Virus record (IMG/VR): IMGVR_UViG_3300017766_003354
Location: 32,001 to 96,000 of that record
Origin: a virus
Strand: one strand, 5' to 3'
Length of the DNA stretch: 64,000 bases
In this document: piece by piece, positions 33,866 through 43,002 of the stretch
How positions within the stretch are numbered: the first letter of the stretch is position 1
How the letters are laid out: each line of letters begins with the position of its first letter
Position numbers and translations under genes: made by a program
Notes under the pieces: model-generated
The model's input: the letters and a program-made list of their open reading frames with translations, nothing else
Told to the model about the DNA's origin: nothing
Databases searched by the model: none

Positions 33866-34480
33866 ATGAACTTTCCAGAACGTGAAACCCTAGTTAAATC
33901 TGTGCAAAAATTCCTTGGACTCAATCAAGACGGAAAGGACGGCAAATTGACTTGGAGTGCTATCATAGAAGAATTGGGAATTAAAAATCCAGAACCTTCT
34001 CAAAAAAAAATCTGGCCAAAACGCGATTATTCAGATTTAGTTAATTTTTATGGAGAAGTCGGAACGAATCAAACAATTTTGGTTTTGCCATATAAGATGA
34101 GGCTTGCTTAGGATCTTGATACAGAGATTTCAAAAATTAGCTGCCACACCAAAGTAAAAGATTCTCTTGAAAGAATTTTTCAAAAAACTTTAAATCATTA
34201 TGGTTTGGAGAAAATCAAAGAATTGCGGCTTGATCTATTCGGCGGGTGTCTCAACGTAAGAAAGATGCGCGGAGGCTCTTCGTGGAGCATGCATAGCTGG
34301 GGAATAGCTGTCGATCTTGATCCAGATAAAAATCAATTAACGTGGGGCAAAGATAGGGCTTCTTTCGCTAAATCAGAGTATGATCCTTTCTGGAAAATTG
34401 TGGCCGACGAGGGTTGGACTTCTTTGGGCAAAGCCGAGAATAGGGATTGGATGCATTTCGAGGCCACAAGTGGCAAATAA
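33866..34480 (+). CDS. endolysin, M15-family peptidase with PG-binding N-terminus; in-frame TAG at 34109-34111
   Basis: VQK.LGL..DG..G..TW; R.MRGG...SMHSWGIAVDLD; DWMHFE; both halves in one frame. Confidence 0.88.
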
Positions 34481-34517
34481 AGCTTGACTTTCCCTTGCAA
34501 GGGATTAAATTAGGTGC

Positions 34518-34775
34518 ATGAAAATTAAACACTTGCTTGCCCTTTCATTTCTCGCCGTGGTTCCATTGGATGCCAGAGAAAAAATCCCAGAAAAGCGCGA
34601 ATATTCAAAAGACCAAAAGGTTTTAAACCTTTCGGCCTCTAGCTTAATCTCCTACGAAGACGCTATGACCAAGTTTTCGCTGTCAAAACCAGACGGCTAC
34701 GTTATCGAATCTATCCGCTATCACATGCAGGGCCGAACTTATGTAGTCGCCGTGACGCTACGCAAGTCTTCTTAA
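34518..34775 (+). CDS. secreted hypothetical protein
   Basis: Signal peptide; own TTGACT promoter. Confidence 0.65.
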   Translation: MKIKHLLALSFLAVVPLDAREKIPEKREYSKDQKVLNLSASSLISYEDAMTKFSLSKPDGYVIESIRYHMQGRTYVVAVTLRKSS

Positions 34776-35558
34776 AACTAATTTCATTCGATCCTCGCAA
34801 CTTTTCGCATCGGGCTTTCCAAGTCCAAAATTACAAACTAGATTTTCTTTTCGGAGAGAGTCTAGTTTTTCTTTTAGCCCATCATCAGTAACCCAATACT
34901 CTCCGCGCCAAAATCCTTTAACCTCAGATTCGCCAAAATACTTTTTTGCCAAAAACCAAAAACTATAGTCTTCTAAAATTAGAAACTTTTTTAGATTTGC
35001 CGTTCTTTTGATTCTATTCAAAAACTTCTCTTCGTGCAAAGCTTTGCTCAGATAACCAACAAAAGAAGACTCAAAAAGATAAATCCCGCCATAAGGAAAT
35101 CCATTTTTCGACAAAGCAAACATCGCTTTTGATTCCTTCAAATAATCGGCCCAATTGGAATTTAAAATTAGACAATCAGGATCTATTTTAGCGATATATT
35201 TTGAGCCTGAAATTTCGGTCATTTGAGCGTAATTTTCGGTCATTCCTTTAATGCAAGGTTCTCCAATTAGATTCCCGCATCTGTGATAATCGGTATCCAA
35301 CACTACACAGCCTAAGTTTTCTAAAACTCTATGAATCTTCAGACTAATAGGAAAGAAAGAATCGTTCCAGATAAAAATCCATCCATCAAAAAACCTACGA
35401 ATAGACTTAACACAAAAAACTGTTTTATTTTCGTCTTTACCGTATGTCCAAATATTAAACGCTAGGTCGGTGTGCTTTGAGGTAGAAAGCTTTATTGCTC
35501 TCGTATTGTTCTCTGGCATAACGCTTAAATCGGCCAACATGGTTCTTTCGGATTCCAT
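34758..35558 (-). CDS. glycosyltransferase-like protein (start uncertain)
   Basis: KIDPD (DxD), GGIY, ED. Confidence 0.5.
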   Translation of the reverse strand: MESERTMLADLSVMPENNTRAIKLSTSKHTDLAFNIWTYGKDENKTVFCVKSIRRFFDGWIFIWNDSFFPISLKIHRVLENLGCVVLDTDYHRCGNLIGEPCIKGMTENYAQMTEISGSKYIAKIDPDCLILNSNWADYLKESKAMFALSKNGFPYGGIYLFESSFVGYLSKALHEEKFLNRIKRTANLKKFLILEDYSFWFLAKKYFGESEVKGFWRGEYWVTDDGLKEKLDSLRKENLVCNFGLGKPDAKSCEDRMKLVLRRLA

Positions 35559-36489
35559 AAATGAAAACTTTGACTGACTTCGGGCGAAAGAGATTTTTTA
35601 CTTTGATTTGAAGGTTGGCCCCCAAAACGTTTGCTGTGGCTCGGCAGGGTTTATCCACGCCTTGAACAGAAACCACTGAAATCGACCCTTTCTCGCAAGA
35701 ATGAAGGATTTCGGGTGAAAGTCTGTAATTCGTTCTGCGGCCCGTAATTGGCACCTCTATGATGTCAAAGAACCACGCTTCTGGACTTTCCATGCAAACC
35801 CAGCCAATATATTCGTTCTGAAATGGAACAATCGCTGTTTTGCTTCCACTATCGTCAGAAACTCCAGTTGAACTGGATTCTCCCCCAGAAATAAAAAGGG
35901 TCCCGCCATCTCCCCAAACAGAAACGTTTCCGACTCCGCTGACACTTCTGAATTTTACAGAAGGGTTGCCAGCATTAAAAATGCTAGAATCTTGGCCCCA
36001 AGAATAAAGAATCGGTTCTCCATAACCGATATTTTCGTAATTGTTTTTTTGCCAATGGATATTCTCGCGCAAATAAATATTAGTCAAACCACCAAGACTA
36101 TCAAAATCACAAAGAGGAATAAAAAATTCTCCTTCTCCATTGCTATATACGTCGCTACCATTTGGAAGGTCGCGGGCAGAATAATGAAAATTATAAGAAC
36201 CAGAGGCCCCTTCTGTAATCTGCGCCGATGAAATGGCTGAGTTATCGGTAGGCGTTTGGACTTTTACAAAAAATCTTTTCCCAGCAACTTGATATTCTTG
36301 GTCGCAGCCTTGAATTGTTACTTTGCTTATTGCTCCGTCTGTCTGAGACTGAAAATCAAAAACATATCCTTGGTTAAAGGACATGCGCGTATTCGGACCT
36401 TCGCCCGAAATAACATAAGGGTAAAGAGGCTGAGGATTAGGGACATTAATTCCCTGATAAGGAAACCCGAATGCAGAAATATCGGACAT
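35455..36489 (-). CDS. tail-associated protein
   Basis: In tail gene run; C-terminal CMESPEAWFFD segment. Confidence 0.55.
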   Translation of the reverse strand: MSDISAFGFPYQGINVPNPQPLYPYVISGEGPNTRMSFNQGYVFDFQSQTDGAISKVTIQGCDQEYQVAGKRFFVKVQTPTDNSAISSAQITEGASGSYNFHYSARDLPNGSDVYSNGEGEFFIPLCDFDSLGGLTNIYLRENIHWQKNNYENIGYGEPILYSWGQDSSIFNAGNPSVKFRSVSGVGNVSVWGDGGTLFISGGESSSTGVSDDSGSKTAIVPFQNEYIGWVCMESPEAWFFDIIEVPITGRRTNYRLSPEILHSCEKGSISVVSVQGVDKPCRATANVLGANLQIKVKNLFRPKSVKVFIYGIRKNHVGRFKRYAREQYESNKAFYLKAHRPSV

Positions 36490-36491
36490 AA

Positions 36492-37841
36492 TTAAAAACT
36501 AGACAAAAATGTTCTACCCCAACCTGAACCCGCTGTGCCAGTGCAAATATAAAGGCCAGAACCACTGGCTTTCATCTCTCCAAAGCTCCCAGCCTGATTG
36601 GACGCGCCAGTAAATTGCGGCAACCTGAAAAATACTCCACTAGCGAAATCCAAAGAAAGAGTATGAGCGCCTTTAGATAAGTGGTTTCTATCTTGGCCGT
36701 CTCCCAAAATAGAAGCTCCGCTATGGCCCGAAGCGATCAAACACCTTCTACCTCCGAGAATTGAAGAATACGCCCCAGAAGCCGTATTAAATGTCCCACC
36801 TGCGACAACGGCGTATGGTCCACGCACATAGTTACTCGCCCCACCACCAATAAAACCAAATTCTCCGTCAACACTCGCCGCATTACTGGTTCCTCCGACT
36901 ACCGTAGAATACTGCGCATAGCAATAATTCCCAAGGCCGCCGCCAATAAAACTATATTCGGCAAGAGCTTGATTTGTTAATCCTCCGACAATACAGGAAT
37001 AATCTCCAGTGCTTACATTGGAAGCTCCCCCTCCAATAAAAGTGTGGCTACTGGCGCTTACATTATCTTGACCGCCAGCAATAGAAGAATATGAATGAGA
37101 AGCTGTATTATTAATTCCCCCTCCAACATAAGAAGCATAGCCTGACGCTGTATTAAAATAGCCGCCAGCAATAGCAGACATTTCACCCACGAAATTAATA
37201 TTTCCGCCACCAATAAAGGAATTCATACCCGATGAAATATTCCCATTGCCGCCTACAACCGAGCTGTAACCAAGAGCAACTTGGTTGTTTAATCCTCCTC
37301 CAATAAAAGTATAACCATTAGAACAAGTGTTTCCTTGTCCACCACCAATAACGCTAACGTGGGAACTAATAGTGTTCGCTGATCCGCCACCAATTACGCC
37401 AACATATCCAGTGATATTGTTATTCGAACCAGCCCCAATAAAACAACCATAATAATCTACAAATGGCCCAACCTTCATTCCAATGGAATTGGTCGAACCC
37501 GCCCCAATCATGGACTGGCTGGCAATAACATAATTTCCCGTTCCAGCGCCAATAGCTGAATTATCGTGAGTAACGATTAAATTCTGATCGCCGCCACCAA
37601 TAAAAGAACAATCTCCTCCAACTCCGCCACTTGTTCCTCCAGCTATTGAGCTGTTGATAGCATAAGTTGAATTGCCAGTCCCACCACCAATAAAAGAATT
37701 AGCCCCAATGGCTTCATTAGAGTCACCCGCAGAAACAAAAGATTTCGCCCCAGTAAATTCATTAAACGACGCTCTATAATGAGCGCCAGATAAAACGGCG
37801 TCAATTTCGGCTGCTGTATTTGATAACGAGTATTCGGACAT
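36492..37841 (-). CDS. Gly-rich repeat tail fibre/adhesin
   Basis: Over 20 repeats of about 15 aa, S.IGGG..N. Confidence 0.75.
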   Translation of the reverse strand: MSEYSLSNTAAEIDAVLSGAHYRASFNEFTGAKSFVSAGDSNEAIGANSFIGGGTGNSTYAINSSIAGGTSGGVGGDCSFIGGGDQNLIVTHDNSAIGAGTGNYVIASQSMIGAGSTNSIGMKVGPFVDYYGCFIGAGSNNNITGYVGVIGGGSANTISSHVSVIGGGQGNTCSNGYTFIGGGLNNQVALGYSSVVGGNGNISSGMNSFIGGGNINFVGEMSAIAGGYFNTASGYASYVGGGINNTASHSYSSIAGGQDNVSASSHTFIGGGASNVSTGDYSCIVGGLTNQALAEYSFIGGGLGNYCYAQYSTVVGGTSNAASVDGEFGFIGGGASNYVRGPYAVVAGGTFNTASGAYSSILGGRRCLIASGHSGASILGDGQDRNHLSKGAHTLSLDFASGVFFRLPQFTGASNQAGSFGEMKASGSGLYICTGTAGSGWGRTFLSSF

Positions 37842-37886
37842 CTAGTTTAATTTACACGTTTTCTTCTACTGGAGCCGCAACGAGAA

Positions 37887-38675
37887 TTAAACACCAGCAC
37901 CGACAGACTCCGCATAAGACTGAATAATAGAATAAAGACTGGCGTGTTGTGTCGGCGTTAATGACGACGAAACATATCCAGCCGCTTGTCTTCGTAAAGA
38001 AGAACCTACTACTCCTGCATTATTATATCCGCACAAATAAAAAGTAAAATTTGGCAAATTTGTGCTAACTATAGAACGAAAGCCAATGATTTGGCCGTTT
38101 TTATATGCTTGTATCGCTAGGGAATCGCTTCTATTGGCCGCATAAAACCCAAGAGAACTGGAAACATTTGCTGTAATCGTCGTGCTGCTGGTGTTGCACA
38201 AAAACGTTGCTGTCGATGAATTGTTTGAGGCTATTCTATTTTGACCGAGCAAACCGCTTCCTTTTACCCCGCAATCATAAGACGCGCCACTGGAAGAAGT
38301 AATAATATAAGTTCCGAAACTAATGCTATTGCTTTGGGCGTTTGTCGCATTGAGCAAATTAACTCCTGTGTTAATCGCTCTTCCAACTCCTCCCGCAAAA
38401 CCACGATCAGTTACAAATGTTGGGGTGCTAACTTTGGTTGCCGCTATTTGTGTTTTCCAGTTAAGAAGTCCAGCCTGTTCTGAATGCGCTGCAAGCATCC
38501 ACAAACCGTCCAATTTTGACCATATTCCCGCAGTTTTTAAATTCTTGACAGTCGTATTGATTAAAGATTGGCGTGTTATATCTGGTTGAATAACCATTGT
38601 TGAGATAATAGCCTGAGCATCAATATCGAAAGATCCCCTTCTGCGGCTCGAAGCAATAACATTTAAAAGACTCAT
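37887..38675 (-). CDS. virion protein, lectin/LamG-like fold
   Basis: LK.AGIWSKLD...; AYKNG; LT..Q...LY. Confidence 0.6.
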   Translation of the reverse strand: MSLLNVIASSRRRGSFDIDAQAIISTMVIQPDITRQSLINTTVKNLKTAGIWSKLDGLWMLAAHSEQAGLLNWKTQIAATKVSTPTFVTDRGFAGGVGRAINTGVNLLNATNAQSNSISFGTYIITSSSGASYDCGVKGSGLLGQNRIASNNSSTATFLCNTSSTTITANVSSSLGFYAANRSDSLAIQAYKNGQIIGFRSIVSTNLPNFTFYLCGYNNAGVVGSSLRRQAAGYVSSSLTPTQHASLYSIIQSYAESVGAGV

Positions 38676-39166
38676 ATAAAGTCCCAGCTATTTGTCGAAC
38701 CCAATTTCTTTACGGCAAAAACGCCCCCGCCGCCAACATCAGCAACCGCATTATCGTTCGGCACAATATTTCCAGAAGAGGAAGAAAAAGAAATTAAACC
38801 AGCATTTGTCTCACGGCGAAAATAACAAGTCGAATCATCTGGCCAAGAAACGCCAGACGGCAAAATCAAAAGACATCCAGATGAATTCGTCAGTCTCCTA
38901 TAATTCCAAACATCAGAAAGCCCTACAGTATAAACAGAATCAGAAATATCTAAAGAATTGGCTACAACTCCAATCATCGACCCACGAATATAACCAGAAC
39001 TCGACCCACCCGACTCACTCGGCCCAACGGCAACTATTAAAGAGTTTCCTGTGTTGGCCGTTACTGTCAAGGCCCTGTCTGCGTCAGAAGTTACAGTCAG
39101 CACTCTTCCTGTATCGGCGGTGATGTAGATGCTAGCCGCCGCATCTGGAATAACGGTAACAGACAT
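38672..39166 (-). CDS. tail fibre-associated protein
   Basis: C-terminal LILP...VKK...N.W. Confidence 0.55.
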   Translation of the reverse strand: MSVTVIPDAAASIYITADTGRVLTVTSDADRALTVTANTGNSLIVAVGPSESGGSSSGYIRGSMIGVVANSLDISDSVYTVGLSDVWNYRRLTNSSGCLLILPSGVSWPDDSTCYFRRETNAGLISFSSSSGNIVPNDNAVADVGGGGVFAVKKLGSTNSWDFI

Positions 39167-39167
39167 A

Positions 39168-39512
39168 TTAGCAGCTTGTATTTAAGGTCGCTTTTTCTGA
39201 GGTAGAAATTGTTCCCATAAGAAGCCTTTCTGTGACTCCAGTAACATTTAAAATCGTGTCATAATAACACTCGCCAAATGGCAAAACATCAGTCCCCTCC
39301 TTTGACAAAGATAAACGAACTCCACTAGGTAAATTCTCTGTAATGGTAAAACCTGTAATCGGATCTAACCCATAAAACTCCACAATCTCTGACTTGACGC
39401 AAACGCCAGTGTCCGAAAGGTCGATATAACTTCCGTCGCTTCTCTGCAAGACTAACGAAAGAGAAAAATCGACTCCTTTTTCAATCGAAAAATTGTAAAT
39501 TGCGGCTGACAT
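39168..39512 (-). CDS. BppU-like baseplate/adaptor protein
   Basis: IEKG.DF...D...IDLS...YYD...ERLL.G. Confidence 0.65.
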   Translation of the reverse strand: MSAAIYNFSIEKGVDFSLSLVLQRSDGSYIDLSDTGVCVKSEIVEFYGLDPITGFTITENLPSGVRLSLSKEGTDVLPFGECYYDTILNVTGVTERLLMGTISTSEKATLNTSC

Positions 39513-39532
39513 TTCTTCTGTTTACACGGAAA

Positions 39533-39561
39533 AAGCCGCCCGAGTTTCCCCGAGCGGCTTT
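39533..39561 (-). terminator. intrinsic terminator
   Basis: aagccgc...gcggctt with A/T tracts. Confidence 0.6.
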
Positions 39562-39583
39562 ATTTCAACGGAGGTTGAATTTT

Positions 39584-39769
39584 TTACTTTTGCTTGGCGC
39601 GACCCACATTCAATGCCAACATATCAATAACAGAGTAGAGTTTGGCTTGCCAACCACTTTTTGGCGTTTTTGTTACGGCAGCAATAGCTGAAGCCAGCGT
39701 GACAACAGCGGTGAACACCTGAAACCAAGGGTTATCAGCAAACGGAGCGAGAATTTGAATAAAGTCCAT
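39584..39769 (-). CDS. small membrane protein, holin-like
   Basis: VVTLASAIAAVTKTP...IDMLALNVGRAK. Confidence 0.65.
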   Translation of the reverse strand: MDFIQILAPFADNPWFQVFTAVVTLASAIAAVTKTPKSGWQAKLYSVIDMLALNVGRAKQK

Positions 39770-39777
39770 ACCTTCTA

Positions 39778-39996
39778 TTACACTTCTTCATCTTCTTGGG
39801 AATCGGAAGATTCTGAATTAGGAAAAAGCTTATTATAAAAGTCCTGTTTTTGCTCTTCTGTAAGCCTTGAGATACTTTCCTTGGCGGAAGATTCAATTGC
39901 CCCCTGAATAATATTCAAAGCTTCACTCAGGCTTAAATCTGCGGCGATTTTTTGACAGGATTTTTGAAAAATTTGGCGCTCTTGGTCTTCTGTCAT
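39778..39996 (-). CDS. hypothetical protein
   Basis: ORF. Confidence 0.6.
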   Translation of the reverse strand: MTEDQERQIFQKSCQKIAADLSLSEALNIIQGAIESSAKESISRLTEEQKQDFYNKLFPNSESSDSQEDEEV

Positions 39997-40226
39997 TCGA
40001 AACCTCCGTTGTTTTCTTGCTTATTGCGCGGGCTTTCCCTGTAAACTCGAACGTCAGGCTCCTTGTCGTTCTTTTTGTTTGAATTGGCATAAGCAACAAG
40101 CTTGATGACCTCGCCGTTTACTTTAACATGCCCGCTGTAGTATTGAAGGCCGCCAGAAGAAGTCTCCCTCCACAATGCTCCCAATTCTCGATTCTTCCAG
40201 TCTGCTTTCTTTTCTTCGTCTGTCAT
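39993..40226 (-). CDS. DUF736-like ssDNA-binding protein
   Basis: ELGALW...G..YYSG...N..K...K.PD.RVY. Confidence 0.7.
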   Translation of the reverse strand: MTDEEKKADWKNRELGALWRETSSGGLQYYSGHVKVNGEVIKLVAYANSNKKNDKEPDVRVYRESPRNKQENNGGFE

Positions 40227-40229
40227 AAT

Positions 40230-40406
40230 TTAATTAAATCCGTTGGTTGCAAATTCTAGTTGCTCCATAAAATAAGCCTTCTTAGGCTCAGGAGTAGCCG
40301 AATACATTTTCTTAAAGCGCCGATAGAGGCGTTTTTGAATGGGGTTCGGGTTTTTGAAATCGAATCCAATCATTTTGCGAATTGCTCTTGCTTTGATATT
40401 TCTCAT
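40230..40406 (-). CDS. small basic protein
   Basis: Manually read MRNIKARAIRK...KRLYRRFKKMY. Confidence 0.55.
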   Translation of the reverse strand: MRNIKARAIRKMIGFDFKNPNPIQKRLYRRFKKMYSATPEPKKAYFMEQLEFATNGFN

Positions 40407-40442
40407 AAAAGTGTGGCGGGGGATTGCTCCCCCGCTTTAGGA

Positions 40443-40646
40443 TTAGCCAACCGAGGCAATGCTAGTCTTAGCGAACTTACGATTTCGATAGTTGTTGCGG
40501 TCATAGACCCGAACATACGAATCAGTCTCACCACGGAACTGAGCATTCAGAACCTCTCCACCAGTAGTCTTCAAGCCAAAAAATCGGCCCTTCGAATTGC
40601 GGATAATGTTCAATGCGTCGATTTGCTTTTGTGTCATACGTTTCAT
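40443..40646 (-). CDS. small hypothetical protein
   Basis: ORF with own TTGACT promoter and downstream hairpin. Confidence 0.65.
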   Translation of the reverse strand: MKRMTQKQIDALNIIRNSKGRFFGLKTTGGEVLNAQFRGETDSYVRVYDRNNYRNRKFAKTSIASVG

Positions 40647-40680
40647 AAGTCCCTGTATATTAATGAATTAACCACCAAAG

Positions 40681-43002
40681 TCAAGAGAAAAGTTGAATTT
40701 TCTTCTCTCCATTTAAAATTCGTTTGGAAAGATCGGGAATGAGTTTTTTCTCAATAGAATCGTTCAAAACTTTAACGGAACCCTCTTCTTTAAAATTCTC
40801 GTCCACAAACCTCTTTAAGAACGGAAAGTTAAAAGAGAAATGACAATTTTGCAAATTAGCAGAAGCTTGCACTAATTTTAGTTTGTTGAACAATATTCTC
40901 CTCAAGCCCGCTTTATTCAAGGGAGAAAGAGGAAATTTATATTCAATCAGCCCAACAAGATCTTTGCTTGCATTAGAGTCGGAGGAAGATTCGTTTTTAT
41001 GAAAACCCATTGAAACGCCAGTTTTCGCCCCTGAAGTTAAAAATATCTTACAGTTCGAAAAATCAGCGATATCTCCATTGGCCATTTGGACCTTTCCCTC
41101 TTTAAAAATTTGAGAAAGTAGGCCATCACAAGACCAATGAACCTTTTCAAAGTCGTCAATAATAATGACGCTATTAGGGTAAATTAAAACCTTCTCGGCC
41201 AAACTTGTGTTATTATTTTGCGGAGAAACAATTTTATATGGACCATAAGAATCTGAAAATTCAGTTCCATTATAGCTCAAGACATTGGCTCCAATTTTCT
41301 CCAATGAATTCCGAAGAGTTTGACAAAGTAGGGTTTTGCCTGTTGACCCTTCTCCGCTTACTAAAAAAACATCAGGGGCCGCAGGATTGTGTTTGTGGCT
41401 GATTCCCAAAGTAGAAGTTTTGAGCTTCTCGAAAAGGGATATAAGGCTCTTTTTGTTTCCGATAAATGATGACTTAATATCCTGACTAATCGCGCTGATT
41501 GTTGAGATTTTGTTCAATGGATTGCCTTTAGTTTCGAAGAAAGATTTCAAGTGATTTAAAGTTACCTCTGCATTGCTCTCCATGATCTTTTCCTCCCAAG
41601 CCACGATTTTCTCATTCAAATTTTCAAGTTCGGCATTAGGCACGGAGCCATTTTGTTCGACCGATTGCATAATTGATTTTTGTTGCTCTTTTACCTCTTG
41701 GTCCATTTCCCAAAATTTCACCTTAGCTTGTGCTCCGCAATGATCAATAACGTCGATAGCTTTATCGGGGTAATTCCTGTTGGGCATAAAGCGTTCACAA
41801 AAATCGACAACGTTAGAAATAAATTCTTGAGAATATTTCACGCCATGAAACTCTTCATAGTATTCGAGAATATCTGGCAGAATTTCTTGCATCTTGAACT
41901 TGGATGGAGCGCGAACAATAACCCTCTCAAAACGACGATCTAGTGCGGCGTCTCGTTTAATTGTGTGCGTATATTCATTAATAGTGGTCGCGCCGATACA
42001 AGAAATAGAGCCATCGGCGAGTGCTGGCTTGAGAATATTAGAAGCTTCAAGAGATGAGGAACTCCCTCCACCAGCACCAACTAGCGTATGAATTTCATCG
42101 ATAAAAAGAATCAAGTTCGAGTATTTCTTTGCCTCTACAATGAATTCTTCAAGCCTTTTTTCAAACTGCCCTCTATACTGAGTTCCTGCGACCATGGAAG
42201 AAAGATTTAGGGAATAAATGACTTTATTACAAAGAAGGTCTGGGCTTTCTCCTTTAACGATCTTTTCGGCCAAAGCTTGGGCTAGACTGGTCTTTCCTCC
42301 ACCAGCAACCCCAACGAGAATAACATTGGGTTTTTTCTTTCGGCAAAGAATAGTCGAAATTTCCTCTACCTTATTATCAAAATCGACAAATTTATCGAAT
42401 TCCCCATTGGCCGCTTTGATATTCAAATTCTCTGCGAATTTAGATAGGATAGGATTATCCTCGAACATGGAAATCCAATCGGAAGGCCCATCGTCTTTTT
42501 CTTCTTGGGCGAATATTCCTCCACCATTTTCTAAAATTTCCTCCTTATCTTTGATAACGGCTGTAATTCTTTCAAAAAGTTTTTGAATAGTCGGATCACT
42601 AACGATTTCTTCTGTTGTTTTAACAGAAAAGAAAGATTTAATAGCTTTTGGGATATGCTCGTCAGAGAAGAAGGCTAAAAAAAGAATTTCGGGCGAAAGA
42701 TAGTCTTGTTGAAATTGATCGACGGCTAACTGTTCAGCAAAGTCTAGAATACTTCGGGTCTTTTTAGAAAGATTATCGGAGCTTTTGGCTTTTTGTTTAT
42801 ATTGGATATATTTATTTGATTCTTCCCATAAGCCCTCCGCTTTAATTCCACACTTCTCTAAAGCATTAGAACAAGTCATGCTTATTTCAGACATGAAAGA
42901 GTTAAAAAATAAATCTTCTCCGACGCTTGGATGATTCAAGCTCAAAGCGGCAGACTTGGCCTTATTGAGAATTCCTTCTAGATGGGGTGTTAATTTAATC
43001 AT
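40681..43002 (-). CDS. ClpA/ClpB-family AAA+ ATPase
   Basis: LCRKKKPN.ILVG.AG.GKT, VAGT.YRG.FE.RL, LFIDEIHTLVGAG, DAALDRRF, PDKAID; degenerate second NBD. Confidence 0.9.
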   Translation of the reverse strand: MIKLTPHLEGILNKAKSAALSLNHPSVGEDLFFNSFMSEISMTCSNALEKCGIKAEGLWEESNKYIQYKQKAKSSDNLSKKTRSILDFAEQLAVDQFQQDYLSPEILFLAFFSDEHIPKAIKSFFSVKTTEEIVSDPTIQKLFERITAVIKDKEEILENGGGIFAQEEKDDGPSDWISMFEDNPILSKFAENLNIKAANGEFDKFVDFDNKVEEISTILCRKKKPNVILVGVAGGGKTSLAQALAEKIVKGESPDLLCNKVIYSLNLSSMVAGTQYRGQFEKRLEEFIVEAKKYSNLILFIDEIHTLVGAGGGSSSSLEASNILKPALADGSISCIGATTINEYTHTIKRDAALDRRFERVIVRAPSKFKMQEILPDILEYYEEFHGVKYSQEFISNVVDFCERFMPNRNYPDKAIDVIDHCGAQAKVKFWEMDQEVKEQQKSIMQSVEQNGSVPNAELENLNEKIVAWEEKIMESNAEVTLNHLKSFFETKGNPLNKISTISAISQDIKSSFIGNKKSLISLFEKLKTSTLGISHKHNPAAPDVFLVSGEGSTGKTLLCQTLRNSLEKIGANVLSYNGTEFSDSYGPYKIVSPQNNNTSLAEKVLIYPNSVIIIDDFEKVHWSCDGLLSQIFKEGKVQMANGDIADFSNCKIFLTSGAKTGVSMGFHKNESSSDSNASKDLVGLIEYKFPLSPLNKAGLRRILFNKLKLVQASANLQNCHFSFNFPFLKRFVDENFKEEGSVKVLNDSIEKKLIPDLSKRILNGEKKIQLFS

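Noticed and set aside
36492-37841. DNA tandem repeat or DGR target
   Set aside because: Repeats are at the protein level; no template/variable repeat pair or reverse transcriptase in the window.
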